Positions 34,298 to 40,579 of a stretch of 40,579 nt of DNA are shown here, piece by piece. Under the pieces are notes generated by a model. The model saw only the letters and a program-made list of their open reading frames with translations. It made no database searches and had not been told where the DNA came from. The stretch spans positions 1 to 40,579 of the forward strand of contig CAZPVR010000001.1 in assembly GCA_964590365.1 (NCBI GenBank). Reading direction: 5' to 3'. Source of the stretch: an uncultured archaeon (GTDB lineage Archaea; Aenigmatarchaeota; Aenigmatarchaeia; CG10238-14; SCSR01). The first letter of the stretch is position 1, and each line of letters starts with the position of its first letter. The position numbers were made by a program, and so were the translations under genes.

Positions 34298-34815
34298 CAA
34301 GTTTTTATGCCATATTTTTCAAGTATTTCTTCCTTAACGTAAACAGGAACTAAGTAATCTGTTCTTGCAGCTATGGCCAAAGCATCGCTAGGCCTTGAAT
34401 CTAAGCTTAAAATTTTATTTCCGTACCTTAAAACAAGGTCTGCAAAGTAAGTATTGTTTTTAATATCAACTATCTTTACCATCAAAACTTTAATTCCATA
34501 GCCTTCTATAATATCGCTCATTAGATCATGAGTTAATGGTCTGAAATACCTTATTTTATTTTCTCCATTTATTATCGAAACTGCCTGCTCTTTACTTATC
34601 TCCATCCTAAGCTCATGACAATCTGAATAAAGCTTCACTATACCCCTTTCTTCTTCCAACTCCAGATCAACAAAAACTCTTTTAAATCCTTGAATTTCAA
34701 CCACTTTCATAGTTAAAGGATAAAAGTTTTTGAAACTTGAAAGAATTGTTAGCAAAACTAAACCTATTATTATCAAAGCAGGTATTTTATCCTTCTTCAC
34801 CTTTTTCTTCGCCAC
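34294..34815 (-). CDS. bifunctional nuclease (DUF151/BFN domain) with an N-terminal membrane anchor
   Basis: RPLTHDLMSDII...YFADLVL...LDSRPSDALAIAARTDYLVPVYV is the BFN signature. N-terminal helix IPALIIIGLVLLTILS. Confidence 0.8.
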   Translation of the reverse strand: MAKKKVKKDKIPALIIIGLVLLTILSSFKNFYPLTMKVVEIQGFKRVFVDLELEEERGIVKLYSDCHELRMEISKEQAVSIINGENKIRYFRPLTHDLMSDIIEGYGIKVLMVKIVDIKNNTYFADLVLRYGNKILSLDSRPSDALAIAARTDYLVPVYVKEEILEKYGIKTC

Positions 34816-34844
34816 ATTTATTTTTAAGATTTTTATTTATAAAT

Positions 34845-35330
34845 ATGAGGATTTCAGAACAAATCTTTCCTCGTTGCACAGTTTTAATAGGAAGTGTTAA
34901 TAAAAAAGGGAAGAAAAATCTTATGACAGCAAGCTTTGTAATGCCAGTAAGCTTTGAACCAAAATACTTAGCATTCTCCATTTCTCCTGAAAGAGAAACT
35001 TTTAGAAATTTGAGAGAAACGAAGGAATTCAGCCTAAATTTATTGAGCAAGGAAATGAAGGAAGTTGCTGAGATATGCGGGAAATATTCTGGAAAGGATG
35101 TTGACAAATTCAAGCTTGCGGGCATAGAAGGGGAAGAAGGAGAAATTATAAAAGCTCCCTTGGTTAAAGAGGCTCCTATAAGCTTTGAATGCAAAGTTGA
35201 GTTCATGAAAAAGTTCGGGGATCATTTCATAGTTGTTGGAAAGGTTGTGAAAGAGCATGTAAGAAAAGAAAATTTTTCTCCCTTACTCCATAAAACAAAA
35301 AAAGAATTCATGGAAGCTCATGCTTTATAA
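34845..35330 (+). CDS. flavin reductase-like (FMN-binding split-barrel) protein
   Basis: FPRCTVLIGSVNKKGKKNLMTASFVMPVSFEPKYLAFSI...FSLNLL...SGKDVDKF...FECKV...GDHFIVVGKVV. The internal ATG at 34845 avoids overlap with the convergent gene. Confidence 0.75.
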   Translation: MRISEQIFPRCTVLIGSVNKKGKKNLMTASFVMPVSFEPKYLAFSISPERETFRNLRETKEFSLNLLSKEMKEVAEICGKYSGKDVDKFKLAGIEGEEGEIIKAPLVKEAPISFECKVEFMKKFGDHFIVVGKVVKEHVRKENFSPLLHKTKKEFMEAHAL

Positions 35331-36274
35331 AATTTCAATTCGCTTTCTTCCAAAATACATTCTTCAGGAGTTTTATCAAACCTAATTTTTTTAAAGCTTG
35401 GTGCTCTAAACTTTAAATCTTCTGTTAAATTCATAAAGCATACCTCAACGACATACTTAGGCCTAACCCAATGTATCTTTTCCAAAATTTCTCTATCCTC
35501 AAAATCCTTTATCGGACATTCCCCCGTTTCTATTTTCTTAAACAGTTTTGTTAAAAAAATTAAATCTTCCTCGTTAAATCCTGTCCCAACCCTTCCCAAG
35601 TACTTCAGTTCTTTCTTAAAGTAAATCCCGCATAGCAAAGAACCAAAATATTTTTCCCTCCATCCTGTTCCTTCAGTAAAGCCTATTACTATACAGTCCA
35701 AACTCTTCAAAAACTTAATCTTTAACCATTCCTTACTCCTTTTTCCTATTTCATACTTAGAATCTAGCCTTTTCGCCATTATACCCTCCAAACCTTTCTT
35801 CTTACATTCTTCAAAGAAATTCTTTCCTTTACCTATAACATAAGGAGATAAAATTATTCTATTGCTTTCCTTCACAACATCCTCCAAAATTTTCTTCCTT
35901 TTTATTAAAGGAAGGTCTATTAAATCCTCCCCGTTCAAATGTAAAATGTCAAAGGCCACAAAAGTTGCTGGTAAAATCTTTGAGAGTATTTCAATTCTTG
36001 CATAATCATCAACATGCTCCCTCGTTTGTAAAGAAGGGAAATCTGGCTTTCCCTCCTTGAAAACAACTATTTCGCCGTCCAAAATTACTTTTTCTCCCTT
36101 AACATCATCTATCAAGCCCTTAAGCTCAGGATATCTTTTTTCAAAGTAAATTCCCCTTCTATTCAAAAACCTTACTTCATTATTAACCTTATCCAAGTAG
36201 CAAATGGCTCTCGTTCCGTCGAATAAGACCATCTTTTGGCATTTCACCAAAAGATTTTGATCTCGAAGAGCCAT
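35318..36274 (-). CDS. ATP-dependent DNA ligase (LigD-type ligase domain), main body; as an uninterrupted ORF it lacks the motif I lysine
   Basis: ...FDGTRAI (second half of motif I), ILDGEIVV, FVAFDIL, EGIMAKRLDSKYEIGKRSKEWLKIK (motifs IV-V) and an OB-domain-like C-terminus. See the intron feature and finding. Confidence 0.8.
   Translation of the reverse strand: MALRDQNLLVKCQKMVLFDGTRAICYLDKVNNEVRFLNRRGIYFEKRYPELKGLIDDVKGEKVILDGEIVVFKEGKPDFPSLQTREHVDDYARIEILSKILPATFVAFDILHLNGEDLIDLPLIKRKKILEDVVKESNRIILSPYVIGKGKNFFEECKKKGLEGIMAKRLDSKYEIGKRSKEWLKIKFLKSLDCIVIGFTEGTGWREKYFGSLLCGIYFKKELKYLGRVGTGFNEEDLIFLTKLFKKIETGECPIKDFEDREILEKIHWVRPKYVVEVCFMNLTEDLKFRAPSFKKIRFDKTPEECILEESELKFYKA
36225..36256 (-). 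other. candidate 32-nt BHB intron interrupting ligase motif I
   Basis: Central helix GAUC (36262..36259) pairs with GGUC (36230..36227). The 3-nt bulges are AAA (36258..36256) and UUA (36226..36224). The inner perfect 9-bp stem is AUCUUUUGG/CCAAAAGAU (36255..36247 and 36239..36231) with a 7-nt loop. Excision joins EWLFEIK to FDGTRAI in frame. Confidence 0.55.
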
Positions 36275-36312
36275 TCTTTTGAATCAAATGGCTGTGAAAT
36301 TTGGGCGAGCAT
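36244..36312 (-). CDS. ligase N-terminal mini-ORF / putative exon 1 (MLAQISQPFDSKEWLFEIK...)
   Basis: My translation in a different frame from the main ORF is MLAQISQPFDSKEWLFEIKIFW*. MLA...PF...W.FE.K is the canonical start of LigD-type ligase domains up to the adenylated Lys. Confidence 0.6.
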   Translation of the reverse strand: MLAQISQPFDSKEWLFEIKIFW

Positions 36313-36338
36313 CGGTTTTATTTTTTTATCGAACAAGC

Positions 36339-37085
36339 TCACAACCCCATCACCTTCTTAAAGCTTATAGCACTATCTTTCATCCAAACGTTATTGAACA
36401 AGCAATAAACTTTTTTAACGTTTAAACTTTCTATTATGCTCTTAAGCTCTAAAAGCTCTTTTTTCTCATACTTATGCTTATAATTGATCCTTCCTTTCTC
36501 ATAGCTACCATGCATCCTAAAGTATGCAATTTTCTTCTTAGAGAACCATAAAGGCTTTGAAGCAAACGGGTCTACGCAAGAAATTAAATCAAATTCTTTG
36601 CAAATTTCTTTAAAGCCTTTTTCGCTCCATCCCCTTAACTCTAAGCATATAGAAATTCCATTTCTCTCTATCCTTTTAAAGAATTCTTTCGCATTTTTCA
36701 GATTTTCCTCTTCTTCCTTAAAACTTGGAGGAAGTTGGATCAAGCAAATTTTTGAACCCAAAAGCTTGCAAATTTCCAAATTTTTATTCCAGAATTCCAT
36801 AACCTCTTTAGTAGGCCTGAGAAAGCCTACTTTGTCTTTCAACTTTTCAATTTCACTCCTTTCCATTCCTGCTCTTTTCCATGTTGGTGAGCTTGTTGGA
36901 TGGGTAATTCCTTGGAAAGCTTTAACCGAAAATTCAAAATCCTTTGGAGCCTTCTCCCTCCATTTTTTAACCAAATCCAAGCTCGGAATCTTATAAAAGG
37001 TTGATTGAATCTCAACTACAGAAAACTCTTTAAAATATTTTTCCATACTCATCGGAAAGCCGCAACATCCTATATAAACTTCCAT
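36339..37085 (-). CDS. DUF72 (YecE-like, TIM-barrel) protein
   Basis: VYIGCCGFP...YFKEFSVVEIQSTFYKIPS...KKWREKAPKDFEFSVKAFQGITH fits the DUF72 pattern. ATG 37085, 1 nt after the ku stop, is preferred over the track start at 37112. Confidence 0.7.
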   Translation of the reverse strand: MEVYIGCCGFPMSMEKYFKEFSVVEIQSTFYKIPSLDLVKKWREKAPKDFEFSVKAFQGITHPTSSPTWKRAGMERSEIEKLKDKVGFLRPTKEVMEFWNKNLEICKLLGSKICLIQLPPSFKEEEENLKNAKEFFKRIERNGISICLELRGWSEKGFKEICKEFDLISCVDPFASKPLWFSKKKIAYFRMHGSYEKGRINYKHKYEKKELLELKSIIESLNVKKVYCLFNNVWMKDSAISFKKVMGL

Positions 37086-37086
37086 G

Positions 37087-37872
37087 TCAAGCTTTCTTCT
37101 TTTTCTTAACAAGCTCTACGGAAGCTTTAAGCTCTTCCAGCAAGCTTTTAGCCTTTTCAACAGGCTCTTCAACTTCTACTTTAAATTCCTTCCCTTCAGC
37201 TTTTGCCTTTATAAGCTTCATCAACTCTTCAGTGTAAGTATCTTTAAATTTTGAAACATCGAACTCTGGCTCTGTTAGCTTTGATATTAAAGCTTGAGCC
37301 AATTTCAGCTCCTCCTCCTTAACAGTTACCAAATTCTTTAGCTCGCTAAGCTCTTCTATGTCCTTAACTTCTCCTAAGTAGTGCAAAATATGCATAACCA
37401 ACCCTTTCTTGAAAGCCCTTAAAGCTACTAGGTATTCTTTATTCCTCATAACAACTTTTCCTATAGCAACTTTGTTGGAAACCCTTAAGGCTTCTACGAA
37501 CAAAGAATAAGCTTTGATCCCTGTTTCTTCCGGAACAACATAATAGCTTTTTTCTATGAATATAGGGTCTATTTGTGAAATGTCTACAAACTCTTGAATT
37601 TCAATTGCTTTAGTAGTTTTTAGCCTAAGTTTCTCCAAATCCTCTTTTTTTATTACTATATACTTTTCCTTAGTTAGCTTAAACCCCTTATCCACATCTT
37701 CATAAGCCACTTCCTTATTGCACTTTGGGCACCATCTCTTGTTTATTAAAGGAGTTCCGCACTCCTTATGCAAATTGTGGAAGGAAATTATTCTTGCTTC
37801 TGTTGCTGAATAAACTTTGATAGGAATGTTTACTAACCCGAAAGAAATGCTTCCGCTCCATATTGCCCTCAT
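37087..37872 (-). CDS. ku: Ku DNA-end-binding protein (prokaryotic type)
   Basis: MRAIWSGSISFGLVNIPIKVYSATE...FHNLHKECGTPL...C..C...V...KGF... is the conserved Ku N-terminal core. Lys-rich C-terminal tail (VKKKKKA). Confidence 0.9.
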   Translation of the reverse strand: MRAIWSGSISFGLVNIPIKVYSATEARIISFHNLHKECGTPLINKRWCPKCNKEVAYEDVDKGFKLTKEKYIVIKKEDLEKLRLKTTKAIEIQEFVDISQIDPIFIEKSYYVVPEETGIKAYSLFVEALRVSNKVAIGKVVMRNKEYLVALRAFKKGLVMHILHYLGEVKDIEELSELKNLVTVKEEELKLAQALISKLTEPEFDVSKFKDTYTEELMKLIKAKAEGKEFKVEVEEPVEKAKSLLEELKASVELVKKKKKA

Positions 37873-37875
37873 ACT

Positions 37876-37881
37876 TCCACC
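37876..37881 (-). promoter_or_regulatory. Shine-Dalgarno-like GGTGGA upstream of ku
   Basis: The minus strand reads TGA-GGTGGA-agt-ATG. The radical SAM stop, the SD and the ku start are contiguous. Confidence 0.4.
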
Positions 37882-38976
37882 TCAAACTATAAAATTTATC
37901 TTCAATTTTTTCGCATAATCAACTACTTCTTCAAATTCTTCTCTACTTATTCTCCTATTTATATCTATGTATTCTTTAGCCTTAAATTCAGGCCTATACT
38001 GGTCCATTAGGTTTACTATGCATTTCTCCCTAATATTCTTCACAATCCATTCCATTACCGGCTTGCTACAGCATTCGACATGATTTGGTAAAATTAAGTG
38101 CCTAACAACTACTTCAGCTTGCTTACAAGCAATTAAATGGTTTCTTGAAACAACTTCAAAATAATTTTTTACTTTCGACAATCTTAAAGCACATTCATCA
38201 TTTCCATATTTAAAATCTGATAAGTGTAAATCAACTATACCATCCAAAATTTTCATAGTTTTTTCGCTCATGTAAAAATTTGAGTTCCAAACTACTGGAA
38301 CGTTTGCTTCGCAGTACTTTAAGCTTTCAAGAATGTTCAAAAGATTTGGGGTGGGCTCGCCACCAACAAAATTAACGTTTCTACAACCCTGCTCCCTCCT
38401 CTTTTCAATAATTTTTGCCATTTGCTTCGGAGTAATGGCATAACCTTTTTCAAACCATTGGCTTATTGTATAATTTTGGCAATACTCGCAATGAAAATTG
38501 CAACCCATGAAGAAAATTGTATGGCTTGGGGAAATGAAAGGTTCCTCACCCAAATGAACGAATTCCGAGGAAATCAAGCATTCTGTTCCAACTTTGCACT
38601 CTCCCTTCAAACCTTCAAGCCTGTTAACTTTGCACTTTCTCTCGCACAATTCACAAGATTTTAAAATCTCTCTCGTTAAAAAAATTTTTAAATCGAGCAA
38701 AGAAAATCTTGGGATTTCTAGGTCGCTTAAATTCATTTTTCCTTTATCCAAAACCTCTTTTATTTCGTAAAATTTCTTCATAAGTTTTTCATGTTCCTTC
38801 CACAAATCTTCTTCGCTCAAACTTTCTTCAAAATCAAAAACTATCCTTTTCGCAATTTGAAAGTTCGAAGCTAACTTATTTTCAACAACTTTTACATAGC
38901 GGGGCAAAACTTTTTTAACTAAATTATCCTCTAAGGCATACAAGCAATCAGGCCTTACAAGATACCATTCAATCAT
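37882..38976 (-). CDS. radical SAM enzyme, PflX-like (pyruvate formate-lyase activase homologue)
   Basis: CNFHCEYCQN (CxxxCxxC) cluster motif, preceded by CELCERKCKVNR...GECKV, a Cys-rich segment typical of COG1313/PflX-like proteins. Confidence 0.75.
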   Translation of the reverse strand: MIEWYLVRPDCLYALEDNLVKKVLPRYVKVVENKLASNFQIAKRIVFDFEESLSEEDLWKEHEKLMKKFYEIKEVLDKGKMNLSDLEIPRFSLLDLKIFLTREILKSCELCERKCKVNRLEGLKGECKVGTECLISSEFVHLGEEPFISPSHTIFFMGCNFHCEYCQNYTISQWFEKGYAITPKQMAKIIEKRREQGCRNVNFVGGEPTPNLLNILESLKYCEANVPVVWNSNFYMSEKTMKILDGIVDLHLSDFKYGNDECALRLSKVKNYFEVVSRNHLIACKQAEVVVRHLILPNHVECCSKPVMEWIVKNIREKCIVNLMDQYRPEFKAKEYIDINRRISREEFEEVVDYAKKLKINFIV

Positions 38977-38996
38977 AATTCAAAGTTTAATTGTCT

Positions 38997-39731
38997 TTAT
39001 TTATACTTTGCGTTTAAGATTTTAACCATCAAATAATCTGCTCCGGATTGTAAAGTATAAATTATATCGTACTCAGCAAGCTCAGAGCTTATATGCACCA
39101 AAGCTTCTGCTTTTGGTAAATGATATCCTTCCCTTAAAAGCTTGGAATAGCCATAGCCATAAGAGGTTTCGGGGAAATCATCCAAAATTATTGAGGAATC
39201 TTCTGGTATAACAGTAGCATTGTTTTCCTTAAATATCATTATCTTTATGTTGTTTTTAGTATCTATTGGCCTGAAATCATCCTTACTCCCAACCTTTTGT
39301 ATTCCAACTTTTAAAATTTCGTTCTCCAAAACCAATTCATTTTCCCCATCATAATCCAAATCCTCCTCATAAGCCTTTGAATTAGCTCCGCATGCTAGAA
39401 TTAAGTTATTCTCTTTTACGTAAGTACCCGGTTCTATTATTCCATACTTTACTGGAAAAATGAACTCTATGCTATTGGTTTTTTCATCTACTCTATAAAT
39501 TCCATCGGAAACTTTAATGCTAATTTTTTTCATATTTCCAATTCCTTCCATTGCAGTTTTTCTTATGCTGTTATCCAAAAGCTTCATGTTTTGTATCGCT
39601 TCATTCACAACATTAGCTTCCCTAACCCTTTCAATAACTTCCTTTCCAATACCTACAGCTAAGCTTATAGAGATTATTAAAAGTAAAATTATTAGGGCTG
39701 TTGAAACGAAAGGGCTAACTCCTTTCAGCAT
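38997..39731 (-). CDS. archaeal type IV pilin-like protein (Pilin_N-type N-terminus)
   Basis: MLKG-VSPFVSTALIILLLIISISLAVG matches the (K/R)G-VSPVI... archaeal pilin N-terminal domain. Confidence 0.7.
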   Translation of the reverse strand: MLKGVSPFVSTALIILLLIISISLAVGIGKEVIERVREANVVNEAIQNMKLLDNSIRKTAMEGIGNMKKISIKVSDGIYRVDEKTNSIEFIFPVKYGIIEPGTYVKENNLILACGANSKAYEEDLDYDGENELVLENEILKVGIQKVGSKDDFRPIDTKNNIKIMIFKENNATVIPEDSSIILDDFPETSYGYGYSKLLREGYHLPKAEALVHISSELAEYDIIYTLQSGADYLMVKILNAKYK

Positions 39732-40579
39732 TTTCTCACCTCTACAACAGGCTTAGAAGCTTCGTTAATTTCAACTTTTTCTATACAAATTGAATGCAAA
39801 CCTTTTGAAAAGGTTGTGTTGCCTTTTAAGCTTAGCTTATTATAGCTTGCGATTATTTGGAAGATGTTTTGAGTTGGGAATGGGAAGGCAAAACTTGAAA
39901 AAGCTTTTGAAGGGATTGTTTGAGATTCAACTAGATACATTTTTTTATCTATTAATTCGCAAGTTCCTTTAGTGAAAGCTATTAAAAGGTTTGAGCTATC
40001 AATCTTTTGATTCAGCTCTAAAGTATAGTTTTGAGCTGAGGAAGAAGTAAATCTTACGTAACCCAAATCGCTTTTTCTATAAGAATGAACTAAGGATAAA
40101 AGTAAGCCCTCTGAATACTCTGTATCATCATGCGTACAAACGTAAGCATGGGTTAGTTGATTTGGGTATAGAGTATAAGATAAGTCTAATTCGTCTACGC
40201 TGCCGTTGAAATCTCCGATCTTATAAATGTCGTTGGATTTTGAATTTCCTAAGGAATAAGAGAGTTTAAAGGTTGCATAATTCGGAGAAAAGAAAATTAA
40301 AAGGGTTGTGTAATTTTCTCCATAAGCTCCTTCGTAGCTTGCATTTGCTTTTAAGGTATAAACTCCTTCCGAGTCTATATAAAAAGTGAAGGAATAAAAG
40401 CCTGAAGAATCTGTTGAATTGGTTCCAAGAAGCTTGCTGTCATAACTAAAGTTTATTAAGGTTAAAACAGGATAAGAGCCTGTCATGTTATGCAGGAAAG
40501 AATAACCGTAAATCAAAATGTCTTTTAGAGGATGGGAAATTATTCTGTTGTTAGATTTTCTAGGAGATTCTATTGAAAT
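39725..40579 (-). CDS. surface/adhesin-like protein, 5'-truncated by the window edge
   Basis: The reading frame stays open from the track start (a TTG at 40516) to the last base of the window. Ser/Thr/Tyr/Asn-rich beta-type composition with many NxS/T sequons. Overlaps the downstream pilin gene by 7 nt. Confidence 0.5.
   Translation of the reverse strand: MSIESPRKSNNRIISHPLKDILIYGYSFLHNMTGSYPVLTLINFSYDSKLLGTNSTDSSGFYSFTFYIDSEGVYTLKANASYEGAYGENYTTLLIFFSPNYATFKLSYSLGNSKSNDIYKIGDFNGSVDELDLSYTLYPNQLTHAYVCTHDDTEYSEGLLLSLVHSYRKSDLGYVRFTSSSAQNYTLELNQKIDSSNLLIAFTKGTCELIDKKMYLVESQTIPSKAFSSFAFPFPTQNIFQIIASYNKLSLKGNTTFSKGLHSICIEKVEINEASKPVVEVRKC

Noticed and set aside
36224-36258. Programmed ribosomal bypassing (T4 gene 60-like hop) or a simple +/-1 frameshift as the explanation for the split ligase
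   Set aside because: Restoring motif I requires removing 32 nt, not 1..2 nt. I found no matching take-off and landing codon pair that lands in the correct frame, whereas the BHB geometry predicts the exact junction. A pseudogene or an assembly error remain live alternatives and are listed under the finding.
407-39972. About 40 short ORFs (60..147 aa) in the supplied track that lie antisense to, or in alternative frames of, long well-supported genes. Examples: 407..631, 3066..3284, 5884..6108, 7592..7828, 8402..8629, 10284..10559, 11556..11903, 13007..13447, 15071..15325, 18991..19434, 25646..25966, 26399..26707, 28415..28687, 31095..31340, 33699..33944, 34787..35206, 36598..36996, 38422..38664 and 39517..39756.
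   Set aside because: They are fully embedded in longer ORFs with clear family motifs. They have low-complexity Ser/Leu/Phe/Ile-rich translations typical of the antisense frames of AT-rich, Lys/Glu-rich genes, and they have no motifs of their own.
1-40579. Scan for CRISPR arrays, rRNA genes, transposases/IS elements and integrases
   Set aside because: I saw no regularly spaced direct repeats, no rRNA-like sequence, and no ORF with DDE/transposase, tyrosine recombinase or serine recombinase motifs. The intein is the only mobile element I can support.

Overview
Visibly AT-rich archaeal chromosomal segment with densely packed, often overlapping, translationally coupled genes. Informational genes include RFC small and large subunits, an intein-containing MCM, TBP, aIF2-beta, RpoL, RNase HII, AspRS, Dph2 and a GTPBP1-like GTPase. 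tRNAs carry bulge-helix-bulge (BHB) introns. Together this suggests a small-genome, DPANN-like archaeon, which is inference only. Five things stand out. (1) A tRNA-bracketed minus-strand cassette (about 2077..6780) encodes a candidate ubiquitin-like modifier, a protein with an E2/UBC-like HPx...Cys core, a JAB/JAMM isopeptidase with an intact HxHx7Sx2D motif, a two-Rossmann E1-like activator, and two unassigned ORFs. This is a Bil-like or eukaryote-like Ubl conjugation system in an archaeal context. (2) The Ku-linked ATP-dependent DNA ligase is split inside catalytic motif I by a 32-nt element. The element folds into a BHB motif, and its predicted cleavage sites exactly restore the frame and the KxDG lysine, so it is a candidate mRNA intron. 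(3) A 13-gene archaeal type IV pilus (Tad/Epd-like) cluster at 13788..24480 has a split TadB/TadC-type platform, a CBS-domain protein coupled to the ATPase, and six or more class-III-signal pilin-like proteins. (4) A radical-SAM / Ku / DUF72 / ligase operon is present. (5) Smaller oddities are a tRNA-Glu intron at position 59/60, a LAGLIDADG intein in the MCM P-loop, a 50-nt perfect intragenic repeat in TBP, and an RNase HII with no canonical start codon. All functional calls come from motif recognition by eye; no database search was run.
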